A stretch of DNA of 64,000 nucleotides from Candidatus Moanibacter sp. GTDB taxonomy: Bacteria; Verrucomicrobiota; Verrucomicrobiia; Opitutales; UBA2987. The stretch is taken from contig CBDCEW010000100.1 of assembly GCA_965215885.1 (NCBI GenBank), positions 1 to 64,000 of the forward strand. Direction: 5' to 3'. Under the pieces are notes generated by a model. The model did not search any database. It worked only from the letters and a program-made list of their open reading frames with translations, and had not been told where the DNA came from. The position numbers and the translations under genes are program-made. Of the stretch, positions 37,420 to 47,214 are shown piece after piece. The number at the start of each line of letters is the position of its first letter. Positions within the stretch are counted from its first letter, which is position 1.

Positions 37420-37497
37420 TGGCGTCCCGTAGGGGAGTTGAACCCCTGTTTCAGGGATGAGAACCCTGCGTCCTGGGCCTGGCTAGACGAACGGGAC
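37420..37497 (-). tRNA. tRNA-Glu(CTC)
   Basis: Cloverleaf GTCCCGT...CAGGG-TT-CTC-AT-CCCTG...GGGGTTCAACTCCCC..ACGGGAC-G-CCA. Confidence 0.95.
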
Positions 37498-37632
37498 TGT
37501 GATGTTTCTAATCGTTATAAATGCGAAATTACCCCGCCGCACTCTCCTTGTCAACGTGGTGAAGAGAACCCCGGAATTAGCCCGAAGATTTCCTAGCGCA
37601 GCGTTCCTCTGTCAGATCTAATTCTCTAAATA

Positions 37633-39924
37633 TCATAGCTTTTCGGAGGCGGTTTCGCCGGAGTCCGGAAATCTGTGAGATCTCCGGACCAGGAGGCCGG
37701 CCAGGACGGTGAGATCGTTTGTCGGCAGCTGACAGACATAGTTCTCACAGACAAAAGCTGTAGTTAGGCCGTCAATCGGTGCGATCGATTCAAATATCTC
37801 CAGATTCTTCCGAAGGAACTTCTGTCCCACACCACCGTCAGCGAGCAGGATAATCTTGTTTGGGATATAGTGGCGATATACCTCCTGTAACATTCGCAGG
37901 GTCTGCTGATCCTCCCGGTCGCCCGCGATGATGATCTGTTTAGTGCTGTCCCGAAAGAAATCAAAGGCCACGACCAGCTGAGGCATGCTGAACGGTGCCT
38001 GGGAAAGCGTTTTGCTGAAGGCTTTGAGGGTTCGTTCCCCGTTTTGATTGTAGGAGGCAATGCCAGTCATTTCGGCGAGTCGAAAAAGGTTAAGTGCCGC
38101 AATTGAATTGGGCGAGGGTTCCGAACCGTCGTAGCTGTCTTTCAAACGCAGAAGAATAGAAGGATCTGTTCCCGTGTCGGCGAAGTAACCACCCCTCTCC
38201 TGATCGAGAAATTGGCTGTCTTGAGAATTCTGTAGTTTGATAGCGAGGTCGAGCCAGTGAAAATCCAAGGAGCTCTCGTAAAGATCGAGGAGACCGTGGA
38301 TGAGGAAAGCGTAATCCTGACAGAATCCGGGAATATCGCTCGGGCCGACTCGATAACTGCGGAACAGAGTAGCGCTCTCGGGCCGGTACAGGTTACTCTC
38401 GATGAAAGCGGCCGCTCGCTCCGCCCGATACAGGTATTTCGGCTCCCGTAAAATCTGTGAGGCACGAGCGTATGCGGAAATCATGAGACCGTTCCAAGCC
38501 GTGATAACCTTATCATCCAGAGCTGGACGGTGACGCTTTTGTCTTGCAAACAGAAGCTTACGTTTAGCGCTTGCCAGAACCTCGGCGGCTCTCTCGGGCG
38601 GGAGACCGGCGTGCTTTGCGGATTCATAAAGAGAGGCTCTCTCTATGAGCACATTGTAGCCGATGAATTCGTGGTGTGGATCGCTCTCCCGCGAAACATT
38701 GCCAATCGATTCGACACCATACCGATGGTTAAATACCCGGGCCTCTTCTTCATCCAGGAGCTTGCTTATCTCCTCCTTTTTCCAGATGTAAAAGGCGCCT
38801 TCTCGTTTCTCCTTCCCGCCCGCGTCCGCAATACTGTCTGCGTCTTCCGCGGAGAAGAATCCCCCGGCGGGTCGGCTCAGATCGCGAATTACATACTCGA
38901 GAATATCCGTCGCTGTTTCGGCATACAGGACGTCTTCGGTGATCTGGTATGCATCCAGGTAGGCGTTTGCCAGTTGCGCCTGATCGTAAAGCATCTTTTC
39001 GAAATGCGGGACGTGCCACCAACGGTCTACAGAGTAGCGGTGGAAGCCTCCTCCCAAATGATCGTGCACCCCACCCCTGGCCATCTTTCGCAAAGTAAAT
39101 AGCGCCATTTCGCGTGCTTTCTTCCCCTCTTTGCTCGCGCTCTCCTTCCAGTCTGAATAGTGAAAGAGGAAGGCCAGAGTGACCGGTCTGGGAAACTTGG
39201 GTTGAGGGCTGAAACCGCCCTCCTCGGGGTCGAAGGCTGCCGAAACCTGCCGGAAAGTTCCCGCCAGTATTTCGGGGCTCAACTCAGTCCGCTCCACGTC
39301 GGTCGCATTGAGGGCGGTTTCGAGGTATTTAATAATCTCGCTGCTTTGCGCATCGAGCTCATCACGGTTTTCCTTCCACATCTTTGCTATTCGCCCCACC
39401 ATATCGGGAAAGCCGGGTCTCCCCCGCATGCTCGCGGGCGGAAAATAGGTGCCGCCGACGACCGGCTTCAGGTCCGGTGTAAGCCAGACGTTCAATGGCC
39501 ATCCACCGCTCCCTGTCGTCGCCTGAACGAACTGCATGTATACGCGGTCGACATCCGGACGTTCTTCGCGGTCCACTTTAATGCTGACAAGATGCTCATT
39601 CATGAGAGAGGCGATCTCGGGATCATTGAACGACTCTCTTTCCATCACATGGCACCAGTGGCAGGTAGAATAACCGATCGAAAGAAAGATCATCTTTCCC
39701 TCAGCCCTCGCCTTCGAAAAAGCTTCCTCGCCCCAGGGATACCAGTCCACCGGATTGTAGGCGTGCTGCAGCAGATAGGGTGAGGTCTGGTTGAAAAGCC
39801 GGTTGGGCGAGCGTCCGCTCGCTTCCTCCTCACTGCCCGCAGCGATAGTGAAAGTGGAGAAGAGGGCGAGGCCGCCGATTCGAATTAGCCCGCTTTTCTT
39901 ACAGATTTCCGAGAGCACTTTCAC
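37633..39924 (-). CDS. YyaL/SSP411 (DUF255) thioredoxin + six-hairpin glycosidase-like protein
   Basis: [47 protein letters not shown]; start region overlaps a MITE. Confidence 0.93.
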   Translation of the reverse strand: MKVLSEICKKSGLIRIGGLALFSTFTIAAGSEEEASGRSPNRLFNQTSPYLLQHAYNPVDWYPWGEEAFSKARAEGKMIFLSIGYSTCHWCHVMERESFNDPEIASLMNEHLVSIKVDREERPDVDRVYMQFVQATTGSGGWPLNVWLTPDLKPVVGGTYFPPASMRGRPGFPDMVGRIAKMWKENRDELDAQSSEIIKYLETALNATDVERTELSPEILAGTFRQVSAAFDPEEGGFSPQPKFPRPVTLAFLFHYSDWKESASKEGKKAREMALFTLRKMARGGVHDHLGGGFHRYSVDRWWHVPHFEKMLYDQAQLANAYLDAYQITEDVLYAETATDILEYVIRDLSRPAGGFFSAEDADSIADAGGKEKREGAFYIWKKEEISKLLDEEEARVFNHRYGVESIGNVSRESDPHHEFIGYNVLIERASLYESAKHAGLPPERAAEVLASAKRKLLFARQKRHRPALDDKVITAWNGLMISAYARASQILREPKYLYRAERAAAFIESNLYRPESATLFRSYRVGPSDIPGFCQDYAFLIHGLLDLYESSLDFHWLDLAIKLQNSQDSQFLDQERGGYFADTGTDPSILLRLKDSYDGSEPSPNSIAALNLFRLAEMTGIASYNQNGERTLKAFSKTLSQAPFSMPQLVVAFDFFRDSTKQIIIAGDREDQQTLRMLQEVYRHYIPNKIILLADGGVGQKFLRKNLEIFESIAPIDGLTTAFVCENYVCQLPTNDLTVLAGLLVRRSHRFPDSGETASEKL

Positions 39925-39989
39925 GACAGAAGGTTCCTATTGACACTCTTCCGTAGAGCAGAGCTGGCCAGGAAAAGCGGGCTAATTCG
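39881..39989. mobile_element. 109-bp MITE-like element over the start of the YyaL gene
   Basis: Perfect 18-bp IR CGAATTAGCCCGCTTTTC / GAAAAGCGGGCTAATTCG, related to family A ends. Confidence 0.6.
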
Positions 39990-40121
39990 GCTGAAAATGG
40001 AGTGGGCCATGACTTTTCGGTGATTGAGGCAATGGAGATTAGAAGCTGCGGAAGTCGGGAACGTAAGTCTTTAGCCCGACAGATTCCTGATTCGATATTT
40101 GCGTGTCCAGATAAAGAAAAC

Positions 40122-40199
40122 TGGCGTCCCGTAGGGGATTTGAACCCCTGTTACAGGGATGAAAACCCTGTGTCCTGGACCTGGCTAGACGAACGGGAC
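40122..40199 (-). tRNA. tRNA-Glu(TTC)
   Basis: Same cloverleaf as 37420-37497 with anticodon TTC and encoded CCA. Confidence 0.95.
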
Positions 40200-40378
40200 G
40201 CGTCGAAAATGAGACCCAGAAACTATGTGGAGGAATGTTGCGGGCAAGACTTTTTTGAGGGAAATTGAATTCGGGTTAGGTGCCACGGATTGGGCCTTAG
40301 CAGTCTCAGGCTGCGCGCTTGACATGAAGATGGGAACCGTATTGCTTTCAACCTTTTCTTTCAAAGAAAGGAAGAAGA

Positions 40379-40513
40379 ATGAAGCCTACCTATAGACCGT
40401 CAAAAGTTCGACGAAAGCGAAAGATCGGATTTCGGGCCCGCATATCGACGCGAGGAGGGCGTAAGATACTGGCGAATCGTCGCAGGAAAGGACGCGAGAA
40501 ACTCTCGGCCTGA
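40379..40513 (+). CDS. rpmH: 50S ribosomal protein L34
   Basis: Manual translation [44 protein letters not shown]; below the ORF track cut-off; TTGACA at 40319. Confidence 0.96.
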   Translation: MKPTYRPSKVRRKRKIGFRARISTRGGRKILANRRRKGREKLSA

Positions 40514-40530
40514 AGTCCCCATATTCTATC

Positions 40531-40899
40531 ATGTACCAGCGTTTGACCGCTCGGCAGCGCCTCCGCCGAGGGGAAGATTTTGCCGCCGTGCGAAGGACAG
40601 GCGGGCGAATGGATTGCGGTCCATTCCGGCTATTTGTATTGGTATTCCCCCCTGCTTCCGGGAGTGCTCCCCTACGCCGATTGGGTGTCGTTGCCTCTCG
40701 CAGGGTCGGGGGCGCCGTTAAAAGGAATCGGGCCAAGCGGTTGTTCCGCGAGATTTTTCGGAACAATCAGGAGCTGTTGCCACCGCGTGCCGACGTGGTC
40801 ATGGTGGCGCTCCGTGAATTCGATCGGTACCCCTATCATGAGATTCTAGTTCGCTACATTCGGGCCTGCCGGCGGCTTGCACCGCTTTCCCTTCATTGA
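40531..40899 (+). CDS. rnpA: Ribonuclease P protein component
   Basis: RLGVVASRRVGGAVKRNRAKRLFRE; follows rpmH. Confidence 0.95.
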   Translation: MYQRLTARQRLRRGEDFAAVRRTGGRMDCGPFRLFVLVFPPASGSAPLRRLGVVASRRVGGAVKRNRAKRLFREIFRNNQELLPPRADVVMVALREFDRYPYHEILVRYIRACRRLAPLSLH

Positions 40900-40901
40900 G
40901 A

Positions 40902-41204
40902 ATGAGAGGTAAAAACAGCTTGCAGGGGTGGAGGTCGTTCCCGGGAAAATTAGCCGCTCAAATCGTCAGGGTATATCAGACTGTCGTTTCGCCCCTTAAA
41001 ACGGTCGTATGGGGGCCGCTCGCCTCTTGCCGCTTCTATCCAACTTGCTCTGAGTATGCGATTATCGCTCTGAGGCGCCATGGGCTGGTGGAGGGCGGAA
41101 GTATGGCATTGAGGCGAGTCCTGCGTTGTCATCCTTTCAATCCCGGGGGGTATGATCCCGTAGCGCCTGTCGAGGGAGAGCGGGAAGAGGTATCGAATCG
41201 TTAG
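40902..41204 (+). CDS. yidD: Membrane protein insertion efficiency factor
   Basis: CRFYPTCSEYA, RCHPFNPGGYDPV. Confidence 0.95.
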   Translation: MRGKNSLQGWRSFPGKLAAQIVRVYQTVVSPLKTVVWGPLASCRFYPTCSEYAIIALRRHGLVEGGSMALRRVLRCHPFNPGGYDPVAPVEGEREEVSNR

Positions 41205-41269
41205 TCCGCTTATTTCACAGAATAAGCGGACTATAAAGCGAAACCGATTTGTAATTTGTATTAGCGCAA

Positions 41270-43096
41270 GTGGATAGAAAGTACACGATCATAGGGCTCC
41301 TTCTTCTCGGTTCGGCCCTTCTTATGCTCTTTCTGCAAAACCAGCAGCTTAAGAGATCCAGGCCGGATAGGATTGAACCCCAGGAACAGGTTTGGGAAGA
41401 ACCTCCTTCTCAGAGGGATTCGGCGATCGGCGATTCAGTTGAAAGTGAGGAGGCGAAAGAGGGTTTCATCGTCTCGGGTTCGGAACCCTCAATGGACCCT
41501 CTGGTGGAAGCGCAGGATGATCGGATTGAGCTAACGGAGCGAACACCGGAAGAGACTTATGTTATAGAGAATGATTACATCAGTATCCTTTTTACGAGTC
41601 GAGGGGGTGCCATAAAGCAGGTTGCTCTCAAACAGTACCCCGCTGCCCAGGGAGAGACTCTGCCCTATATATTTAACGAGGGCGCCAAGTATCCAGCTTT
41701 GAGTATTAGCCGGGCTTCAGACGACGGTGTTATTGAGGAGTACGATCCGGATTACAGTTTGGTGAGACTGGAAGGGAACGCCATCGAGTTCTCACGCGAG
41801 ACTTTTCCCGGCATTGAGCTGTTGCGGCACTATAGTATCTCAAATGAAACTGAAGAAGCAGCGCCGTATATCATCGAGCATGTCACAAAGATTATCAATC
41901 GAACCCCAAGCGCGTTTAAGGTAAATCGATTGTTCGTGAATGTGGGGACCGCTCCCGAGACGGAATCGGACCCCAACAATTTTCTCTTAAACCTGGCCTA
42001 TTTCGATGGTGACGATTTTGACTATATTAGCCTCAACAAATTCAAGGGCGGAGGATTTCTGGGATTTTTCAAAAGAGACCCGGTGAGCAAAATTAGAAAA
42101 CCGGTGCCGGCAGTGTGGGCAGCGGCAAAGAATCAGTTCTTCACTTCAATCGTTACTCCCGAGATACCTGGGGTGGGGGTGCTGGCGCGGCCGGTTGAGT
42201 TGAGCTCCAACCCGGATGCTGTTTCCCAAAGAGAGGGCATAACGGGGAGTATCGAGTTCGAACTGGAGAACGTAAAGCCACAGTCGGAGAGGGCTCTCAG
42301 AATCCAGTACTATGTAGGCCCGAAGGAGTATTCTCGTTTGAGCCGGCTGGAGCAAAATCAGGATCTCGTAATGCAGTTCGGCTGGTTCGGAATCATCGGG
42401 AAAACCATGCTCTACATGCTTCTCCATTTACACGGAATGGTGGGTAATTATGGTGTGGCCATCATCCTCATGACGATTTTCATACGGCTGCTCCTCTGGC
42501 CTTTAACCGCCAAGGCGGCCCAGTCCTCGAAGAAAATGCAGAAGCTTCAAGGACCGCTTCAGGAGTTGCGGGAGAAGTACAAAGACAACCAGGAGAAACT
42601 CAACCGGGAGATGATGAAGCTGTGGAAAGAGCATGGAGTTAATCCGTTTGCCGGGTGCTTTCCGATCGTAATTCAGCTTCCCATCTTCATATCCTTCTTT
42701 TACATGTTGCGCAGCGCCTCGGAGCTGCGATTCGAGGGTTTTCTGTGGGTGCGGGATCTTTCTCTTCCCGATACGATCGCCACGATAGGCGGATTTCCTT
42801 TCAACCCACTGCCCCTCGTGATGACCGTCTCGATGTATTATCAGATGCGAATGACGCCCATGAATGTGGACCCCGCCCAGCAGAAGATCTTCAGGATGAT
42901 GCCATTCATCTTTCTCTTCATCTGTTATCAATTCTCCTCCGGGCTCGTTCTTTATTGGACTATGTCGAATTTCTTCTCTATCTTACAACAGTACTTGACC
43001 AATAGGAAAAAGGACCCCGAGGAGGTGACTCCGGCAGCAGTTGCAAAGAGTTTCAAAGCTGGCAGGAAGAAACCCAAAAAGAAAAGAAGGAGGTAA
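41270..43096 (+). CDS. yidC: Membrane protein insertase
   Basis: YVGPKEY, GNYGVAIILMT, GCFPIVIQLPIF, SGLVLYWTMSN. Confidence 0.96.
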   Translation: MDRKYTIIGLLLLGSALLMLFLQNQQLKRSRPDRIEPQEQVWEEPPSQRDSAIGDSVESEEAKEGFIVSGSEPSMDPLVEAQDDRIELTERTPEETYVIENDYISILFTSRGGAIKQVALKQYPAAQGETLPYIFNEGAKYPALSISRASDDGVIEEYDPDYSLVRLEGNAIEFSRETFPGIELLRHYSISNETEEAAPYIIEHVTKIINRTPSAFKVNRLFVNVGTAPETESDPNNFLLNLAYFDGDDFDYISLNKFKGGGFLGFFKRDPVSKIRKPVPAVWAAAKNQFFTSIVTPEIPGVGVLARPVELSSNPDAVSQREGITGSIEFELENVKPQSERALRIQYYVGPKEYSRLSRLEQNQDLVMQFGWFGIIGKTMLYMLLHLHGMVGNYGVAIILMTIFIRLLLWPLTAKAAQSSKKMQKLQGPLQELREKYKDNQEKLNREMMKLWKEHGVNPFAGCFPIVIQLPIFISFFYMLRSASELRFEGFLWVRDLSLPDTIATIGGFPFNPLPLVMTVSMYYQMRMTPMNVDPAQQKIFRMMPFIFLFICYQFSSGLVLYWTMSNFFSILQQYLTNRKKDPEEVTPAAVAKSFKAGRKKPKKKRRR

Positions 43097-43113
43097 AGGG
43101 GTAAGGAAAGACC

Positions 43114-43857
43114 ATGTCCGGCCACAGCAAATGGGCGACGACAAAACGCCATAAGGCCTCGGTGGATGCCAAACGTGGCAAAATCTTCAGCGTTGTCGCC
43201 AAGGAATTGGCCATCGCTGCTCGCGAGGGAGGGAGCAACCCCGAATTCAACTCTCGACTTCGCACTGTTATCAGTAAAGCGAAGACGGCCAATATGCCGG
43301 CCGAAAATATCGACCGGGCGATCAAAAAAGGCACCGGCGAATTACCGGGAGTGACTTTGGAACAGATTACCTACGAGGCCTATGGACCCGGCGGAGTCGG
43401 TTTGATTATTGAGGTGACAACCGATAACAGGAACCGCAGCGTTTCGGAGGTTCGCAACGCCGTGACGAAGGCGGGTGGCAATCTTGCCGGCGCTGGCGCC
43501 CTCGCGTTTAACTTCCGAAAACATGGACAGTTTCTGATCGCCGCGGGAAAGACCTCGGAGGACAATCTGATGGAGAGAGTGGTCGATGCGGGGGTCGACG
43601 ATATCAAGGACGAAGGTGATCATTTTGAAGTGGTTTGCCCTGTAAACGAATTCGACAATGTCGCGCAAGCTCTGGAAAAGGCCGCCATCCAGCCCGATTC
43701 TTCAGAATTGGCCTGGATTCCCAATAGCCTGATTTCGGTATCTGAAAGCCAGAATGCGAAAAAAATTCTCGCCCTAATTGATGCTCTTGAAGATCTCGAA
43801 GATGTGCAAAACGTCTTCGCGAACTACGATATCGATGACAGCCTCCTGGATGGCTGA
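43114..43857 (+). CDS. yebC: YebC/PmpR family protein
   Basis: MSGHSKWATTKRHK, YEAYGPGG, TDNRNR, DVQNVFAN. Confidence 0.95.
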   Translation: MSGHSKWATTKRHKASVDAKRGKIFSVVAKELAIAAREGGSNPEFNSRLRTVISKAKTANMPAENIDRAIKKGTGELPGVTLEQITYEAYGPGGVGLIIEVTTDNRNRSVSEVRNAVTKAGGNLAGAGALAFNFRKHGQFLIAAGKTSEDNLMERVVDAGVDDIKDEGDHFEVVCPVNEFDNVAQALEKAAIQPDSSELAWIPNSLISVSESQNAKKILALIDALEDLEDVQNVFANYDIDDSLLDG

Positions 43858-44202
43858 CCTGACCTGAAACTTCTCTGCCGTACGGTAGAGCGGGTCTCCG
43901 GACGATGGACTAACGTTATCGCAGAGCAGCAACTTTCGGCCGGATCGCGGCGCCGACCCCTTCGACGCTGCTCAGGGTTGAAAAGTTCTCCTCCTCGTCC
44001 TCGGAGCGCAGCGATCTTTATGGAACGATCTATCCGAGAAATCACTCCTACCACTCTCCGATTCACTTTGATTGAGCGTCAACTTTGCATTTCAGGCTGT
44101 TTCGAGGACGAGAACGATTTGTAAGAGGACTCGGAAACCCAAATTAGAGGTTTCACACCCGTTTGATCCGGCTGCCCGCCGGGGGCCGTACTGACCAGTA
44201 AT

Positions 44203-44910
44203 CTACCTTCTAAATAATTCTGGCAAAACATCGACGACACTGATTCCCCCGACGCCGGCGGTGAGTAAAGCGAGCGCATAGGTGAGGTAAATGATGGGCG
44301 TAAACATCAGAATGCGGAAGAATTGCAGATTTATGAGAACAAGGAGAATTAGAAAACCCCATCGGGAAAGGTTTGTGTAGGTCTCTTCGCTCATCCCGAC
44401 GGCGTAGCGTAGAAAGTGAGAACCGTCCAGGGGAGGAATTGGTATCATATTGAAGATGATCAGGGCGACGTTGAGCATAATGATCTTCCCGAAGAGCGGG
44501 GCGATACCCGGGATGAACCGCGATAGTATCCCTCCAACGAAAGCTGCCCCCAATGCAATGACAAGATTTGAAGCGGGGCCGGCAGCGGTTACGAGAAGGT
44601 GATCCCGCACCCGCTTCCGGAAATTGTAAACGTTGACCTGGACCGGCCGTCCCCACCCGATGAGCGCGAGCGGAAATGAGCCGCCGAATAGTAGGGGAGA
44701 AAAGATCATGAACAGCGGGATGAGCCCGGTGCCGATTGGATCGAGGTGAGCGAGGGGATTTAATGTTACACGCTCTTGCTGTCTGGGCGTCGAGTCACCT
44801 AATCGATCAGCGGTTACTGCATGTGCCCATTCGTGTATGGCAATACTAGAAGCAAGGATTATGTAAAAAATGAGTCCGCTACGAATGAATTGGAAGGTCT
44901 CGGGATCCAT
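44203..44910 (-). CDS. Site-2 protease (M50) family protein
   Basis: HEWAH, NPLAHLDPIGT, AAGPASN, NMIPIPPLDGSH. Confidence 0.93.
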   Translation of the reverse strand: MDPETFQFIRSGLIFYIILASSIAIHEWAHAVTADRLGDSTPRQQERVTLNPLAHLDPIGTGLIPLFMIFSPLLFGGSFPLALIGWGRPVQVNVYNFRKRVRDHLLVTAAGPASNLVIALGAAFVGGILSRFIPGIAPLFGKIIMLNVALIIFNMIPIPPLDGSHFLRYAVGMSEETYTNLSRWGFLILLVLINLQFFRILMFTPIIYLTYALALLTAGVGGISVVDVLPELFRR

Positions 44911-44938
44911 TGGTTGCTAAGATGTTTGGGGTGCGGTC

Positions 44939-45892
44939 CTAATTTGCTCGCCTCGCCCTGCTTGTGAGCTTTTCGGAAACTGTCGCCACTTTGTCGAGTA
45001 CCTCCTGGCGACTGATCTGCAGTGCGGGAAATTCAATCATTTCCGCCAGTTTCCTGGCCTCCTCAAATCTTCCGAGTTCAGCCGAGGCATAGGCGCGGTG
45101 CAGTAAAACGGCATCGTTCTCCATACCTGGCTGCGACTTTTCCTGCAAGGATTCCCAAAGGCTGAGAGCTTTCTCCCAGTCCGGAGCTTCCACATCATAG
45201 AAGCTTTCGGCGTAACGATACTGAAACTGCCGATTGTTCACATCGAGACTGGCTGCTTTGGAAAAGGCTTCCTGCATATGACGGTCGAGCTCGGCGCGGT
45301 CGAACATCCCGCTCAGCAGTATGTTCTCGCTATAGGTGTTCATAATCTCGGCAATCTGGTAATGGTAAAGCGCCGATTCGGGACTGAGCACGATTGCATC
45401 GAGAAAGAAACCGAGCGCCTCCTCAAATTTACCGTGTTCCGCCATATAATTTCCAAGTTGCTGTTTTACTACGGCGATTTTGGGATCGAGCTGATCGGCG
45501 CTGAGAAATTGCCGGACCGCGTGTTCCTCCTGGCCGATCTTATTGAGCAATTTTCCGTACAGGATGTAGGCGATTACATCTTGCGGATTTCGGTGAAGAT
45601 ATTCCTCGTACTGGTTGGCGATGCTGCCTATTTTGTCCTCCAGATCGCCTTCATGATACTCTCCCTTTTTTTCTTCAATTCGTCGAAAAATGGACTCCTG
45701 CCTCTGCACGATCTCCTTCAGCCGTCTCTCAGCGAATGACTCACTGGTTGGGATTGGTTCTTTTTCCCCAGCCGATTTCGAAGTGCTCTCTTCTTTTTTT
45801 CCATACGATTGCGCAAGCAGGACAGGGAAGAGAAGGGCAACGATTATTCGAAACAGACGTCGCGCCCTCGAAGATGCGCCGTTCTTGGACAT
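44939..45892 (-). CDS. Exported TPR-repeat protein
   Basis: N-terminal hydrophobic segment from ATG 45892; TPR-like helices; the upstream ORF extension is MITE sequence. Confidence 0.8.
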   Translation of the reverse strand: MSKNGASSRARRLFRIIVALLFPVLLAQSYGKKEESTSKSAGEKEPIPTSESFAERRLKEIVQRQESIFRRIEEKKGEYHEGDLEDKIGSIANQYEEYLHRNPQDVIAYILYGKLLNKIGQEEHAVRQFLSADQLDPKIAVVKQQLGNYMAEHGKFEEALGFFLDAIVLSPESALYHYQIAEIMNTYSENILLSGMFDRAELDRHMQEAFSKAASLDVNNRQFQYRYAESFYDVEAPDWEKALSLWESLQEKSQPGMENDAVLLHRAYASAELGRFEEARKLAEMIEFPALQISRQEVLDKVATVSEKLTSRARRAN

Positions 45893-45897
45893 CGGCG

Positions 45898-46079
45898 CTA
45901 GCCCGGACATTTCACACACTTCGTAGCGAGACTGCGTAGGTTGCTGCGTATCAGTGACTATCCGCAGCACGGCGGGCGACAGCGTGTCGGAACCCTCTGA
46001 GGTCGCCGGGCAAGGGAAGGCTTTGAGACGCAGTGACATCCGCGGTCGTAGCAGAAGATTTGTGAAATGTTCGGGCTAG
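45898..46079. mobile_element. CTAG-bounded MITE family A, 182 bp
   Basis: CTAGCCCGGACATTTCACA...TGTGAAATGTTCGGGCTAG; non-coding. Confidence 0.9.
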
Positions 46080-46297
46080 TTCAGCCCACAAGTCCCTCCC
46101 GATATACCGCAGGTAGGACAGTCAGGTAATGCTTGCGACAGGTCCTTCTTCTCCGAGCCGTTACCGGGAGCGAATGTTGAGAATTGCTTTTCAAGCTTCC
46201 GGCTATGACATTCCGGACATGCCGGTGCGCGGGAAGATTGTAGGAGCAATTCGAAGGATTGATCACAGTCTTCACAGATGTATTCGTATATCGGCAT
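46076..46297 (-). CDS. FmdB family zinc ribbon protein
   Basis: MPIYEYICEDC...CPECHSRKLEKQFSTF...CPTCG. Confidence 0.9.
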   Translation of the reverse strand: MPIYEYICEDCDQSFELLLQSSRAPACPECHSRKLEKQFSTFAPGNGSEKKDLSQALPDCPTCGISGGTCGLN

Positions 46298-46361
46298 GGT
46301 TTTCTTCTTTCTAAAATCCTCTAGTATCGGTTGTGTTCGGCCACATTTCAAGACAACCTTC

Positions 46362-47108
46362 TCACAGACCTTTGAAAAGATCACCGAAGGGTTCGCTCTT
46401 AAATTCGCCCGTCTTCAGGTCGATCTCGGCGATGAGCTCGGGGCCATTATTCTTCGGACTGTTTACGAGAGTCGAAATGGGAACCCGCGACATTGGTCCA
46501 GCGGGAAAGGGCCTGAAGAGGGGGCGTATGCTTTCGCTGCGGCTCTCATTCGGAACCAGCCAAAGATCGAAATCTCTCTCTTCGAGGAGCACGGGCATGC
46601 GGTCATGGATGGGTGCCATGATGTCGTTGGCCGAGGTGGTGAGGATGCTACACGACTCCAGGACAGTTCCCTCGGGGCTCTTCCATCTCTCCCACAGTCC
46701 GGCCATCGCAAACGGTTCGCCATTCCTAGCAGCAAAATAGTAGGGTTGTTTTCGGGTCGAATTTTCGGGTCGTTGCCATTCGTAGAAGCCGCTTGCCGGA
46801 ATGATACACCGCCGGCTCTTCATGGCGGCACGAAAAGACGGTTTTTCTGCCGCCGTTTCGCTGCGCGCGTTGATCATCTTGTAGCCGATCTTCGCGTCCT
46901 TTGCCCAAAACGGAACCAGCCCCCAACTAAAGAGGGATGCTTCGCGCCCACCGTCAGGTTTTGAGGAACGGATTGCGACGATCGACTGACTCGGCGTAAT
47001 GTTATAGCGAGGCTGCAGATTCTCCACAACTTCCCGGGAGAGATATTTGAGGAGAAACTTTCGCGCCAGTTCCTCCTCTTCGGCCATCAGCGTGTATCGC
47101 CCACACAT
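46362..47108 (-). CDS. SOS response-associated peptidase (SRAP/YedK)
   Basis: MCGRY N-terminus, INARSET, GFYEW, IHDRMP. Confidence 0.95.
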   Translation of the reverse strand: MCGRYTLMAEEEELARKFLLKYLSREVVENLQPRYNITPSQSIVAIRSSKPDGGREASLFSWGLVPFWAKDAKIGYKMINARSETAAEKPSFRAAMKSRRCIIPASGFYEWQRPENSTRKQPYYFAARNGEPFAMAGLWERWKSPEGTVLESCSILTTSANDIMAPIHDRMPVLLEERDFDLWLVPNESRSESIRPLFRPFPAGPMSRVPISTLVNSPKNNGPELIAEIDLKTGEFKSEPFGDLFKGL

Positions 47109-47214
47109 CTTATCCCTCCGACAAATTGCTTACCGTTGGTCCTCTTGAAAGGTCTCTCTCCACCTTTGACTTTGAAGCGGAACTCTCCAAACCTGCCCTC
47201 GTTCATCCGATAAA

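Noticed and set aside
37420..40199. Two near-identical tRNA-Glu genes as attL/attR of an integrated element
   Set aside because: Both are complete isoacceptors with different anticodons; no integrase, and the cargo is a common conserved gene
40200..40378. oriC beside rpmH
   Set aside because: No dnaA and no cluster of TTATCCACA boxes here; one isolated 8/9 match near 55475 is not enough
45893..46039. N-terminal 49 aa of the TPR ORF call
   Set aside because: Encoded almost entirely by MITE family A; a closely similar peptide appears in spurious ORFs at the 53907 copy
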